A DNA stretch of 64,000 nt from Albugo candida (GCA_040437565.1 JBDOQK010000005.1:310001-374000), one strand, 5' to 3'; positions 12,199-27,400 are shown, counted from the stretch's first letter. Notes: a model not told the origin generated them from the sequence alone. Translations and numbers: made by a program.

Positions 12199-15100
12199 TT
12201 ATGGAATATAATCTCGAATGTGTCCGTCTTTGATTGCCTCCATCCGACGTATCAAAGCTTCGATCTCAAAAGTGATGACCGTAGCCGATGGTTTTGCAAT
12301 GTGTTTCGGAGTGATTTCGCATGCTTGTGGAGCACCGAGGTGTGATCTTCGGACATGTCGTGGCTTCCAGCGTACTCTCTCCGTACGAACAGCTTCAACC
12401 CATTCTTTTCTACGCATGACACGTTCCTGAATCGATCGCATCTTGCGATGTCTTTCGATCTCGGCTGTTTCATTCAAGGTGCATTGTTTCCACTCAAGCT
12501 CTATACTCTGCAACTCACGCCACACCAATTCTATCTTTCTCTCACACGCTCTTATCTCGATCGAATGACTCGCGATATCTTCCAAACTTTGCTGGATGCT
12601 GGCTTCAATTCGTCTCTGCTCTTTACTCAGTACTTGGTCCCATTTTGTGATTCCACCTTCACTCCCACCATTCACGAAAGTCGACAATCGACGCTCGCAT
12701 TTCTTTTGAGACTCCTCGAGCTCTTTGCGTCGTTGCTTAAGTCTCCCGCCACGCTCGCGCATACGAATCCAATCGACTTGTCGATTCCTTATATCGATTC
12801 GGATCTGTTGTCGACGGTTTTTCAGCCCTTCAAGCAGCTGTGTGGTCCGCAATTCTAATGCACTCACACACAGTTGTTGCATGCGTTGGCGAGTGCGATA
12901 CATTCGCCACATATTCTGTAGCATGAGTATCGCTTTTCCTCTAACGCCATATCGTTTGATCTGCATCGAAAAATACTGTTTCCGCGCGCAATATCGACGA
13001 AATTCTGTTTGGATGATGTAGACCGCGTCATTTTGGCACTTTATGACTGTATTTTGTGCTGCTTGAGCATCCTTTCGCCGCATCTGCACTGCTTTCCAAG
13101 CGTGTTGCAAAATCACAGCCGCATAATTTCTCTCTTTAAGCGATTCGAATTTTTTTCGTTGAAGAAATCCGCGAAAAATACGTTGAAGTTCAATTGCACT
13201 TGGAACTTCAACTTCTTGCACATACTTTTGCCGCTTCTTAACCACACAATATCGACGTGCAAGTGCTCCTCGTACTGCCGCTCCGATGGTGCTTGCGTGT
13301 TTGTGTAAATCACGCGATTTTCTCTGGCGTGCGACACAGCGTCGACGCTNNNNNNNNNNNNNNNNNNNNNNNNNNNNNNNNNNNNNNNNNNNNNNNNNNN
13401 NNNNNNNNNNNNNNNNNNNNNNNNNNNNNNNNNNNNNNNNNNNNNNNNNGAACTTCAACTTCTTGCACATACTTTTGCCGCTTCTTAACCACACAATATC
13501 GACGTGCAAGTGCTCCTCGTACTGCCGCTCCGATGGTGCTTGCGTGTTTGTGTAAATCACGCGATTTTCTCTGGCGTGCGACACAGCGTCGACGCTTAAA
13601 AGCTCGCCATACCGTTTGAATTTTTCCTGCCGAAAAGTAATGGTTTCGTCCTTTTTGAACGATTTGACGCGTTAAGAAGCTACGAATATGTTTTTGTAAT
13701 AGGATAGCAGCGTCAAATTGTACTGTTCCCTGATACCGCCACAGTTTGATCTTTTCAGCTTCTCTACGATCGATGTAGCCTCTGCGAATGCTTTGAAAAA
13801 GTATCACTGCTGGGAATAGTACGTTCCGATTGTATGCAGCGATTCGAAGACGATGAGCGTGTTGACGTGCGAGAAAGCATCGTATAGCTCTCTGTAAAAC
13901 GAGTGTGTCGTGAACAAGTCTGTGAATTTTGTTCCAATGCCACCTAACGCGATAGCGTCTATAAACGCTTTCAATATGTCGCGCTGCGTTTAGAGAGAGC
14001 GTCCGAACGCGATCATTGTGTCTTCGTAATTGGAATGAGCGGTACACTGACTGTATGAGAACGGAAGCGCATTCAACGACTTTTGTGTGAATTTTGAGCT
14101 TTTTGCGGCAATAGAAACCTCGATAGAGTCGTTGTATCGAAATGGCTGCCCACAGCTGTTTGATCAAAGCTCGAAGCATTCGGGACTGTGTGTTTTTTCG
14201 ATACACACGCTGAAGTTGGCGTGCAGCGACGACCAAAGGGTGTTGTACCACTCGCATTTTGTCGCCGGCATTCTTAACCGAGGTTTGATCTGATATTGCC
14301 AGCAAATCACGCGTGCAGCTGGTTTCTCGTGATCTCCTCATCCGCCTTTGATTGAACGTGCAAAGTCTGGACACTTTTTCCGACGATACACATGCATCTA
14401 CATCGCTGGAACGCTCACTACGCGTAGTCTTTTTTCTCCCTTTAACTTTCTTTCCGCAATCATTCTGTCTGACAGTCTTTGCGTGAATGAGAAAATGAAA
14501 TTGCAAGAATCGCCAAATGGGAAGAGAAGCTACACACGATCCACTGTACGATATATGTCGACATGCAATTGGAAGGCTTTTACCGCTTGGAAATGAAGCT
14601 GCACAATCTGTATCTGCAGTCAAAAGAACACTGAGAATCACTTGTACTCGTTCTTGCTGAGAAAATTGTTCGAACGCGTCTGAAATCACAGTCACTTTAT
14701 AGTAGCTGCATAATTGTTCCGGTAACTCCCTAATAAAAGCTGCATCGCGTAGATCGTAGGTGGGCCATTGTACGAACGGATTTGCCTCATCACGTGCACT
14801 GAACGCTTCATCGCACGCTTCAATACTTTTCTCTAAACAATCAAAGCGGCCAATGTGACGTAACTCAACGTCGTCGTCATTTAATCGTGGTAACGTCATC
14901 CAAGCTGCGTTACAAAGTAGATATTTCAATGTTGATGGACGACAGCGTACGCTATAGATATACGCATTACAATCATTTTGATCGGATTTGACTCGTCTGA
15001 TTTTCCGGTACCAATAGCGTTTAGGACCCAGCAGCCTCAACTGCACGTATTGACAGCTCACATGGTCCACTCGGAGTAAAGCAGCATCACGAAAATGTGC

Positions 15101-15352
15101 TGTTAGAAGCCGATGTACTGTCTGGCAAACAAGCGCTGGTGTCGACCGCTGTTTGTTCGACCAGTTGTTGGACGTGAAATCGACCAAGCGCTTCTCAATG
15201 AGCGACTTTTCCACTAAGCTGGGAAGCTTGAAACGATCGCGGTACGATAGTGCTTTTCGCAGAGGCTGATGAGGCTCCACATCGCGTTTCTCGAAGCACT
15301 CATCATCCTTCCTATAGCGATATTTCTCGGATTCATTTACGTGTTTTTTCAT
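12199..15352 (-). CDS. Multi-IQ-motif (calmodulin-binding) coiled-coil protein with an N-terminal split BolA-like region; about 968 aa
   Basis: More than 10 IQxxxRG-type motifs (IQRLYRGF, IQSVYRSF, FQSIRRGY, LQRIFRGF, IQTEFRRY) and a C-terminal coiled coil. Removing the 247-bp gap duplication (13203-13349 = 13450-13596) yields one in-frame ORF from ATG 15352. Confidence 0.8.
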
Positions 15353-15422
15353 CAAAGTAAGGAATTCGTAGGTATATGTCAATATGTCAAACTTGCTACT
15401 TTCTATCGGCCTCTGTCTGCTA

Positions 15423-18400
15423 TTAGAAATCTGTGTTCAGACACAAAGCAACACCTTGGAGGATCCAATGGCTCTCGTGCTCGGTCGAGTGTAAATCAGC
15501 TTCAAAAACAGACCCGACACCCATCGCATTTCTTCGGGCTTGTGTGATGTATACCGGAGCTCGAAAGGTATTTTGCAACTTCAGACGATTTATCTCGATG
15601 GGAATGATGTGAAGGAGAGGTAATTCTTCAATCAATTGCTTTGGTCGTTGCGGTGCAAGACAGCCTCTTTTTCGGTCCCATGAAGCACCCTCCAAAAACA
15701 TTCCGTGTACGTAGCATCCGATCTCCAAATCGCTGGATTCCACTTCAGATTTATTCATATAAGACGTCACTTTTGTGTACATAGTGGTCTTATCGAGAGC
15801 CCATTTTTGCTCTCTGCAAGTGGCTTGCATCAGCGCTGTGAGATACGACTCGGGAACACTGAGACCGGATAGCCATACGACCTTGAGTTCTCCATCCTTG
15901 ATCCATTCTGTGTATTGAAGGTGCCGATTCAGCAGATGGCTGAAGTAGCTTGCCAGAGGCTTTTCCGTATCCGGAGAAAGCATACGCCACATTTTCGGGA
16001 TGGAGGCATCATAAAGCTCATTACCCAAGGCGTCTAGCTCGTCACTCATGCCAATATCGCCAACCAGGGCTTTGCGTAGATCTTGTAACGAGGCATACAT
16101 ACGAGTATGCAAAGCATTCCATCGATCCAGCTCTTGCATCAGGACAATCTGAGTCGGATTTGGTGTGGGAAACTGTTTTCGAACAGCGACGACATCAAAT
16201 GACTCGGGTAATTGGCTTTGTATTTCCAGTGCCACTTGAGCAATGCGATCTTCTCGAGACTGACCACTGGTATTCTCAGCCGATCTGGGCTGCAAGCTTA
16301 TCAGATCCTTCCATACCGTCTTTGACATGCTCGTATAATATCCGATCTCAGCGTTTGGATTCAGCCCAAAAACAGCCGGGCTGTTTGTCAGTGGGAGACG
16401 ATCGACGGTCTCGATATAAGCGTTGATGTTCGATCCCGAAGAAGGAAGACAGTAGTCATGCCCGTAGCGACTGAAATAGAAGGGTTGACAATCATCAAAC
16501 AAGAAATCGCCCATGTACTCGGACAAATATGTGGTGAGGATTCTTCGGTCATATTCATCACTCACTCGACCTCCGTACATGGCGTCTCCGATAATGTAAC
16601 GAAGAGAGCCCCAAGGCAGCTGTTCGTCTCCATCTTCTTGGGCTTTATACAAGTATAATCCTAGCAGTTTTCGCGAAATATTAAAGTCAGAATCGTTGAA
16701 ATCATAATTCACATTCCAGCCGATTTTTCCATACTTGCGACGTTCTAAAACTACAGCATGAAGGAAGCATAGCACGTACACTAGCGAAGGGAAGGCTGGA
16801 TGTGGACATTCATCAAGCATCGATTGATCGAGTTTGGCGTACACACTCCGCATATTTTGCTTGAGACCATCGGGGGGCTCTGTCACAACTTTGAGAGATC
16901 GTTGTAAAATACCGAGAGGAAAATAATCTGTTGGCTCGGTTGTAAGCCATAAACGAAAGTCTTTATGGGGTCGATGCATACAGGCCAGTATCTTTTCCAA
17001 CGTTTTCAGCCAGCTTGCGAGTAGATGACAGTTTTGTAAAAGTACCCAGTGACCACGAACGTATCCTATTTCTACCATTTGCTCGGCCAAATGGCCTTGA
17101 CCTTGGCCCAGAGCAAGATAGCGAAATCGATGACCTGAGAAGCCATGTGTCTCACTCAAAGCCTGTATGTCTCCCTGAGGGTCCGCACCCGGGCTCAAAA
17201 TGCATACAATTGGAGATATCGGAGAGCTTTGACTGTATATGCGTTCGTAATCGAGTACCGGTGGTTGCACATACTTTTCACCCATCACACTGCTTACGAA
17301 TAACTCCATTGCATTGTAAGCACGATCTTGCCGAAAACAGCGAAGCAGTAATAGTTTTTGTAGCTCTGTGAGACGATCTGAGTAGCCATTCGGAAACGGA
17401 ATCGCTTCTGGGGCTTCCGAGTCAGCCCATCGCTTCCAGTAGTCTGCGTTCTTTGCGATTTCAATCTCAATATCTGCAAAGATCTTTTTCGATTTGCTTA
17501 GAAATATCAAATCCTTCCATCCTATGCTCGATATCCACGCAAGGGAATCTGGTTGAGGCGGAAGCGTTTTGTCGATCAAAATACTTCCTTTTAGGAAGAA
17601 ATCTAGCTCCGAACGCTCCAGGCTTCCTGCTTCCTGCAGAATCATACACGTCATTTGGAACGCAAATATCAGTTTGTGCCTTTCGAAAATTCCAGTGCAC
17701 GTGTACTCGTACGTCAGCTCCGTCACAGATTGTATCATATGACGCAGCCGTTTGCTCATGACCGTGTCCCGTTTGGCGTGATTAAGAGACGTATTGAACA
17801 CCACCAAGAAGGATGACAGAGAGATCTCATACATTTTCATCAGACTGCAGAGCGCTGCCATGGAAAAGTACATCGCAGACCCTCGAGACGCGACTGGGGT
17901 ATACACAGCTCGTGCCGTAGTAATCTCATCCTTTGTGGAGCTGGATAGATTTAGTTTGGAACCGATTTCTGTCGCCTTGTTTTTTGTTTCATCGAGCAAG
18001 TCAATGAGCTCTTGATTATCCAGTACGTTACCCGTGCTGCTTGACAGTTCCCGAAGTAATGTATCTTCTAATTCGACAATCAGCTGTGTGTTTTCAGACA
18101 TTTCCATCACAAGATGATGATATTGTTCCTCGAGATCGGGTCGTTCATGACCTACAACTACGTCCAGAAGCTGATTTGTCAATCCTTTCTGCGTCACTGA
18201 ATAATTGATTATCATGGTTTTACTCATGATCTCAGGAGAATAGTGCGGATTCGCTAGTTTGGATGTGAAATAAAGGCGAAAGTTCTCGTCCCATTCAATG
18301 TTTTTACCACCGAGTTTGATCAAAAGTTGGGACCCTCCTACAAACGTATTCTTGTCCAAGATGGGATCGAGAATCGGGTCAAGCTCTTCGCCAACACTTT

Positions 18401-21400
18401 CAAACAAAAAAGGGTTTCCAAACTGAATTGCTAATTCTAAATGCTTCATGAAATCGCTGTCACTCAGTGTTTTGACTGTCAAGTTATTTGCTTCTTCTTT
18501 TTTCTTGATCCAGGAGACAGCTTGTTGTTGAGGGTCAACGCATAGAGGGAAGCGACTTGCTTTTGTGGTGAGAATACCATTTTCAATCGAGTTTTCGTCT
18601 GCTGGAAGTCCCTCTGAGATCCACTTTTGCATTGTAGAATCGTCCGTCAACGAACGCTCAAGCTTGAAGGGATCGGTTGTTGGAATGCCTCGTTGAAGTA
18701 AATCGGAGTGCAAGTCTTTGTATATCAATTGTGTTCGATAATCGAAATTGAAAGCGCCTGCATAGCTCAGAAAACTAGCATTCAGTAAGCAATCTCCAAT
18801 CAAACGACCGCTTTGTTCTTGCAACGATCCGACATCTTTTGTCCACCGAACACGTTCGGATGCCAGACCTGCCAATAACTTGTTTGCTGCTTGCAACCGC
18901 TTCGCCATCTTCTCTGCTTGGGATTTAAGTCCTTGCAATTCTGTGTTAGCTTCTTGGTATTGCGTGGAGAGATTCTCCAGCTCTTGACGTAGACTTTTGA
19001 TCGTGTCGTTTAGATCTTCTAGCTCTTGTTCTTTGACAGCTTGCTCCTTTTCCATACTCTTCACTTTATTACGCAGTGGTTCTACATTCTTTGCAACGTC
19101 GTAGTATTTGATCATTGCAAGTAGCCAAACCAATAATCCGGAGCCCGCTTTGGAAATGGACTTCATGTTCTCGATATTCAGGTCTGGATTTTTGAGAAAC
19201 GTCTTGATTTTTGAGATCATTTTCGAAGAAATCCTCGATTTCTCGTATTCCTTCAAAAGCATGAGCAGATTTGGGTTGCTAAGCATCACTTTAGCTCCTT
19301 TCCAGTCCAAATCCAGCTCTTGTCCGGTTGGTTTTAAGATCAGTACACACATGCACACGGACATGACTAAGGCTGGTGGAGATGCAAAAGACTTGATTTC
19401 AGTCAAATCTGCCTTGGATAAATCCTGTAAGGCTGCAGCTGCTGCCTCAACTGCGGGTAATGCTTCCAGTAATGCCGCATCTGCATCGTCTTTTTCCTTA
19501 GTAATTACTAAGGAAGCCTTCTCACATTCTGCCTGAGCAACTTTAGCGACATTTTGTTGCTTCGTTGCCACTAGTGACTTCTCCTCGATTGTCTGGATCA
19601 ATGCCTCGCAAGCTAGCGTTTTCTCATCAACGACTACCTTTTTCTCCGATAATTCTATCTGCATTGTATCAACTGATTTGGATGCTTCCACCAACTTGGC
19701 AAGACCTCCATTAAGCCTCAGAATGCTTGCATTAACAGTCTGATGATGATCCTTCAGTTGAGCGCGATATGTTGCGATATAGTCAAGATAATTTTTCGGT
19801 GTCACATAGTAATGTCGTCTCAGTTCCTCCGTGAACTTGGAAGATAATGATACTACCCTCATGTGCGCATGTACCAAATGATTTGTCACTGCTTCACGAA
19901 ATTGATCTGGAAGCTTTTCGTGCTGAATACAGTGCTCAGCCACATTGAAAAGAGCGGTCTGAGGCCAAGGGAAGAACCAATCGATGATTGTTCCAGATAT
20001 GAGTCCAGGAAAATTGCGACAACGAGTGCGTAATACATTGCCTGAAGGTGACATGGCTAGAATAATATGAAGATTCTTCCGACATCGATCAATGTAGTAT
20101 TTCCATAGCATCTCGGAAGAATCAAGCACTCCAGCTTCTCTAACCTCTTCTCGAAGTGTACAAGTTATTGCGTCTCGTTCTTCTTGATCAAAAAGAGCCT
20201 GAACAGTACCGGTCGTTAGCATATTGTTTAAATACTCGATGAAAGCTTCATTTACGGCGTGTGCATCTGTGAACAAGAAGACCACCTTCTTTGTCCCTAG
20301 TTTACGATACAGTGTTTTCAGATCTTCACGAAATTCAGTTTCTCCATAACTTCGAGTCAAAAAAATCTCAAATATCTCATACTGCGCTGTGAATGCTGCT
20401 AAACGCGATAGACTCTGTTTTCCATACCCTCCTGTTCCAATCAGCAAAGCATGACCGAAATCTGTCTTCAGAATCCGAAAAAGACGACACAGATGCTCCA
20501 AAACCATTTCGAATAGAACAAGTGTCATTGGTTTGTGATCCATATTATGTATCTCTATGACTTCCTCCATGATGCGACGGACCCGTTGGTAGGATCCCAA
20601 GTCTTCGTATAATCGTGGATCTTCACTATCAGAATTCTTCAGACAGTTTGTGCGCGCAGCAAAATCTCCAAACACCAGAGGGTCTACAAGCGCGTGCTCC
20701 ACGACTTCGTGTGAGAAATGATCTTTTAGAGTGGTGCACAATGTCGTTTGGATAAAGTGGAGATCAGTTTCATTCGTAAGTCTATCACAAAACACACGCG
20801 TGATTTCATTCCGGAAGAGCCGAACTATTTCCTTGGGACCTTGGATCACGTCGGGAGTTGCGAGACAAAGGCCTTCACAAACTCTACCAAGATCGCGAAG
20901 ATTGAATATATAGTGGAATTTTGCTGGCGTTGGAAGACATTTTTCCCGGATTATGCTGAACAGCTTGAGTAAAACATCCGTGAGCTTGGATCCCGTTTCT
21001 TGAACAGAGAGATTAAAGTCCTTCAGGAAAGTCGATACAATCGAGCCGAATATCCCTTTGAGCACGTTTGTTGTTGGTGGATTTATTTTATAGACGTTGA
21101 ACAGTGCTACAAATCTTGGATCGACGGGGTTTCGACCGCCACTGGGAGGGCCCATGGCGCCGAGAAAGATAACATCTCTTAGAAACCTCAAATCGAGATC
21201 TTTGGCACGGTCATAAAATGCACCTTGATTCATCATAAAGTGAAGCAGCGCGATAGGTTGTTGTGTCCCATACATATCCATTTTGGGCATATTGAGGTCA
21301 TCCACGAAAACAAACAATTTTTTCCCTGCAGCTGGACCATAGATTTGCCCTGTTCTTTTGTCAACGTTTCTTTGTATGTTTTTCTGTACATCCATACTGC

Positions 21401-24400
21401 TTGTTTGCGATGAAAAGTTAAGCGATAATACAGCAGCTTTATGCGTATCCATTCCACTGAGAAAGCGATCGATGATGACAGTTTTCGCAGTCCCGCTGTC
21501 ACCTACAAATAATACTGGACGCTCGCAAGTTTTGCAAATACTGGTGAGAAGAAAATCATACAGAACAGAGTCTGTTGTCGGCACAAAAATTTGACCAAAG
21601 CTGAACGGCGAGGGCTGTACATACGACATCACTTGTGATTCCCAAGGTTGCCACTTGTGTGATTTGATGCAATAGTAATACTGATAGATGCTCGATGTAG
21701 GAGGTGGCATGGAGCCTTCCGCAATCTTGCGCAAAAAGCGATCAAAGTGATGACGACTTGAGTCAACAAGAGCTGATCCAATGGACCACATGATACTGAA
21801 TAAGAAGATTCCCTCCATGTCGTTGGTATAAAATGGGGATGCAGCGATTGAAATTGTTTTTTCTTCCGTTTCAGTAGGAGCCACGCTTGTGCGAAGAAAC
21901 GTATCGATTGACGTACAAAGCTGTTTGCACATTTCCATTGCACCAACTGGAATAACTTGACGGCATTTTGAGCTCAAGTCGACCGCTTGATCCCCTTGAT
22001 CAAGGACGTATTCGATACATTTTGGTACGTAAGAATCGAATAGATCCAGGAGGAGCATGGATTCGGAAGGAGATGAGGATGATGTGATTGCGCTGTCTTT
22101 TTGATCGCTGATTTGCGTAGGTCCTTCTTGGGACTGCAAATTGCATCGCTGTCGAAGCCAGCGTTCAAAGTAAGGCCTATACCCAAGGTTTTTTGGATCC
22201 ACCCAAACCATTCCACATCGCGATATGGTTGCTGGTGATGCATATTGAAGATCAAATGCTTCACAAACCATAGAGCAATGCTCTTGAAGCCGTATTCGCT
22301 CTCCGTTTGGGAGTGTCAATATCTTATTATCATCCATTGCACTATTCATGTTTTCAACCCAAAAAGCATCAACATCTCCATCGAATACCAGCCATCTTTT
22401 CTCATTTTCTTTACCAGCCGGAAGAGGCTGATTCAGCTCACGGAATAGCTTTGATAATATCCCATCGGTCCAGTCACGAGTGACAGTGTCCATAAAGCCA
22501 TACAGCTCCGAAATTGGAAGAGCTTTCGGATTCAACACGCATACTCGTATATTTGTATTGAATGCCGTCTTTGATGCTGCTACTAGAGTTTTCAGTATGT
22601 GCGATTTTCCTCCGCCGGTGGGTCCGACTATCATTGTCGTGTGCCGTACAAGCAGCGTTTCGTACATCTGTATAATTTTATCGATTTGGTCGCGAAATAC
22701 GCGTTCATTTTGCATTCTGTACCCACCGTCTTCCATTTCCTTGATAATCGCTTCCTCAAAGTCTTCATAACCAACACGAACGTAATCCGACCCGGAAAGT
22801 AGATCGTTTATGAGTCCTTTGAATAATGGTACATCTTCATAGACGAATTTCGGCATATTGCTATCACGAAGAGCTCTCATAAGAACAAGATCTTCACTCA
22901 TGTCTGGGTACTTTCGTTTCAGTATTCCTGCTGTTACAAGCACACTTTTAAGAGCACGAAGTCCAAAATCATAATGGTACTGCTTGGACAACTGTTCTTG
23001 AGATAATTTGTACAAAAGAGTCATTTTTTTGGCCAACACAACAGCATTTTCAAATCCTTCGGAAAAAAGCATAATTTGAGCAATCATGAGGGAATCTGGA
23101 ACAACCATAGTAACGGGTCGAAAAAGAGCTTTCAGATTGTCAGGTAACTCTGTTCGTCCAGCATACCCAGGATTCATAGTAATGAAGAAGCCACACGTTG
23201 CAAAGCCAGCAGTGCGATGTATCCGAACTTCAGTCCCGAAACCAATATCAACCGTCGGCTTTTCATAGTGCAGCGCATTCTGTATCGCCCGCATTTGGGC
23301 GGAGACAACAGACAATACCTCAATATTAATGCGATTAAATTCGTCAAAGCATCCCCATGCACCGACCTGCAACAACCCCGAAAAACTATACCCCATAGCT
23401 TTGTAGTCGAGGCCTTCCCCGCAATTGATCACATAGCATGGAAGGGCGAGAGACTTTGCTAGATCTTTAACTGTCTCTGTTTTGCCTGTGCCAGCCGGTC
23501 CACAAGGTGATCCACCAAGTTTGAATGTAAGTGCTTGTGTAAGAGTCATGTAACATCGATCTGTCAGCGGCGTTATGACAAGTCTTCCGCTAAGACTAAT
23601 GTATTCGTATCCAAAGCGAAAACTCCCAGTGCATTGTGATATAAGAACGTCATTAATATCCTTTTTCCAGTAAAAACGGAGCTGTGACTCCCACGCAAAT
23701 TCTTTCTCATGCAAAATTGAATTCCGAACAAAAGAGTCGACAATATCGTGAGCATGTACGTCCGTAATGAGCAATGTGTTCACTTTTTTACGAAGATTAA
23801 TACTGAGAGGCTCACGAAGCAGTTGCACCAGTTCTCTGAGTTGATCCGCCAATTTTGCTTCTAAATTTTTCATTGCATATTTGTTTCCATCGCGAACTCG
23901 ATGAAATACATCCTCAACCTCCCACGTCCACCATATCTGAGACCCAACGAGACTCACCATTCCGAGAACGTTGTCGAGCCATTGTGTTCGTTTTTCAAAG
24001 CGAGCATAGTTGAAAACACCTTCTTTGACAATCGTGTGAAGCGTGTCTTTCATTTGTGCTTCAACATTGCTCATCCACGACTCGACTGGTCCTTCCACAT
24101 TAGCAGATGCTCTGAAATAAAAGCTTTCTCCTTCACTTGATTCCATCGCAACAACCTTTTTCATTGACGGGTGAAAAACTACCTGTTTCACGTTATCAAA
24201 GAGCTTGAGCATATGTGTTTGTATAGAAATTGGATCACTGGATCCCAAGACGCTGAGAAGTTCATCATCGGATATGAAGTAGAACCGCGAGAAAGTATTC
24301 CGTTTTGTATCGAGAAAATCACTAAGAGACTTTTGACAATTATCAAGACGATCCGATAAAGATCGCAAATCATCGAGTCGATTGTCTGACGTACAAGCAT

Positions 24401-27400
24401 CTAAAGCATTCGCATTTTTGAATGTCGTAGCCATTATCGACTTCCAAGCTTTATCAATCGCATCAAATATTTTCGCTTCTTCGGGTAATTGCTGTCGGAT
24501 GTCTTCTGCCGCTACAAAGATCGATTCCAGGTACATCCACTTTTGCTGCACCAGGAACCATACTTTGAGACATTCACCGACGAGATTGAATCGTTTTTCC
24601 CACTTTCTTACTCGCTCACTAAAATTTGAAACGAATCGAGATCCTGAGATTGTTTGCAAGTTGAGCATGTGATCTTCCAACTNNNNNNNNNNNNNNNNNN
24701 NNNNNNNNNNNNNNNNNNNNNNNNNNNNNNNNNNNNNNNNNNNNNNNNNNNNNNNNNNNNNNNNNNNNNNNNNNNNNNNNNNCTTTCATTTGTGCTTCAA
24801 CATTGCTCATCCACGACTCGACTGGTCCTTCCACATTAGCAGATGCTCGGAAATAAAAGCTTTCTCCTTCACTTGATTCCATCGCAACAACCTTTTTCAT
24901 TGACGGGTGAAAAACTACCTGTTTCACGTTATCAAAGAGCTTGAGCATATGTGTTTGTATAGAAATTGGATCACTGGATCCCAAGACGCTGAGAAGTTCA
25001 TCATCGGATATGAAGTAGAACCGCGAGAAAGTATTCCGTTTTGTATCGAGAAAATCACTAAGAGACTTTTGACAATTATCAAGACGATCCGATAAAGATC
25101 GCAAATCATCGAGTCGATTGTCTGACGTACAAGCATCTAAAGCATTCGCATTTTTGAATGTCGTAGCCATTATCGACTTCCAAGCTTTATCAATCGCATC
25201 AAATATTTTCGCTTCTTCGGGTAATTGCTGTCGGATGTCTTCTGCCGCTACAAAGATCGATTCCAGGTACATCCACTTTTGCTGCACCAGGAACCATACT
25301 TTGAGACATTCACCGACGAGATTGAATCGTTTTTCCCACTTTCTTACTCGCTCACTAAAATTTGAAACGAATCGAGATCCTGAGATTGTTTGCAAGTTGA
25401 GCATGTGATCTTCCAACTGCAACCGTAGTTCGTCGGCACTACGAAGGACATAACATCCTCGATCTTGGCCATTCTTCTTGTACTTTGTCAATTCCAATAT
25501 TGCTCGAGACCAGTATTCCTCGATTTTGTTGATTTCTTGCTCAATCTTTTGTTCTTGCATGGAAGCATTCACAATTCCAGCGAGCTTGGACCCGAATTGA
25601 TGCAATTGCATGGAGAAAAGATTGGTCAGAGTAAACGTGGAAACATTCATGTCAAATTTCACTCCGGTCAGTGCCATCAGCTGTTCCCAATGTCGTGGTT
25701 TCATTGCATCGTTCTTTAACGATTGAATAAGCGGAATACCATCTTTAAATGCCAGTATTTGTCGCTCCATTTCAGCAAATGTTGCAGCTTTTTTGCATTC
25801 AGATGAGAATAATCGAATCTTTGTCTCCAATTCCTCGACTCCTCGGGTCATAGCGGGGACATCCAACTCCACCCACAAAACGCTACCCATGATCGAAATG
25901 AACTCTTTTGCCTCGCTGTAGAGGGAAAATATCTCACTTTGCTTTTCCATTTCTTCCACTACTTCTTGAAGTTCAGGATAGCAGGTCATTGGTAATGCAA
26001 ATAAATTCTCAGCACTAGAGAGCTCCTGACGCCTTAGCTGGAAAGCCTTCATGCGTGTTTTGAATGTCTGCAAAACATCAAGGCCAACGTCTAGATTGTT
26101 CGCATGGATTCCTGGGCCGCATGAGAGTATCTCGTCTTTCAGTTTTTGACAGTCCAATTTGAATTGAATAGCTTCATTTTCGGTAACAGCTCGAAACTTC
26201 ATTTTGACTTGCACTAGACTATGATCTTTACTTTTGGCTGAGAAAAGTAAACCACTCCATCGCCGTTCCAAATTCATAGCCTGTTCTCTTTCGCCTTCAT
26301 CCACTGGAATTTCGTACGTTTTTAATGTACGAAAACATTCGATAATGTCGCAGTATTCAAGCTCCATTTCCATACTCCGATCCAGTATTCTCGTTATTGT
26401 GTGCAAAAGCTTTTTGAGCGTATCCAGGTCTACGGGATTTTCCGTCAGTTCTTCTTCAAAAGAATCCATCAGTTGTGTGCAACTCTTTGATTTCTTGCTT
26501 GAAAGTTGATATAGTATCCTTCCATAGTCGTCTTTCCACAATTCTGCCTCCTTCGCGATTGAGATCGCTACCGGAAGACAATCAATCTGTAAGAACTCGC
26601 TGTCTTTTTCTGTAGGTTGCTGACGAACAGCTTCGGCCAGGCGTGAGTATTGAGCCATCCTCGTGTCAAAATACACAAAAGGGGGATTTTTGTCAGCCAA
26701 TTTATCTAACGCAGATCGTCGCTTTGTATTCCACAGATTGTAAACCATATCGTATCGACGCCATGAGTCTAGATACTTATTAACAATATTGAACCCTTTA
26801 TGTATCTCTTGATTCAATGAAAGCGTCAATTTCAGCACATACGGATTTTGCGAAATGTCGGAATAAAATGTAAACAAAATGGGTTCATCGTCCTCGTTCC
26901 CGACCAAAGGCTCTGTTTCCCGACACGTTCCATGCATCCATCTGATAAAAGCTTTGGCGCTTTCAACAATATGTTTGACCGATTTACTCAGATACTTGTA
27001 CATGTCTGAAAGAGAAGGCGTGACGATAATATCTTTCCCATTCATGGTCGCTTTAATTTTGCATACTGGTGCGCGTCTCACAATACGCGTGAAAAGTACT
27101 CCTTGAGATTGGCTGTCGCTACTGTCAATAGTTACTTCCGATGCAACTACGTCGGAGGAGTCTGCCTCGCTGCTTTGAATGCTGGCAGCATTGCTTCCTA
27201 GACGCTTAGCTTTCTGCTGTCGTAGTAGCTGTGACTGGTAAAACTTGGATGACTCGATGTCCTTCATATGCACGTTCAATAATGCTTGCAAGGTGATCAT
27301 GGAAGCAATAATCATTTGTGTGATTGCATTGAAAATACGACGCTCCCAGTACAGATAATAGGCTGACATTTTGGGTGATGCCCCAGTATTGACCCCAGCA

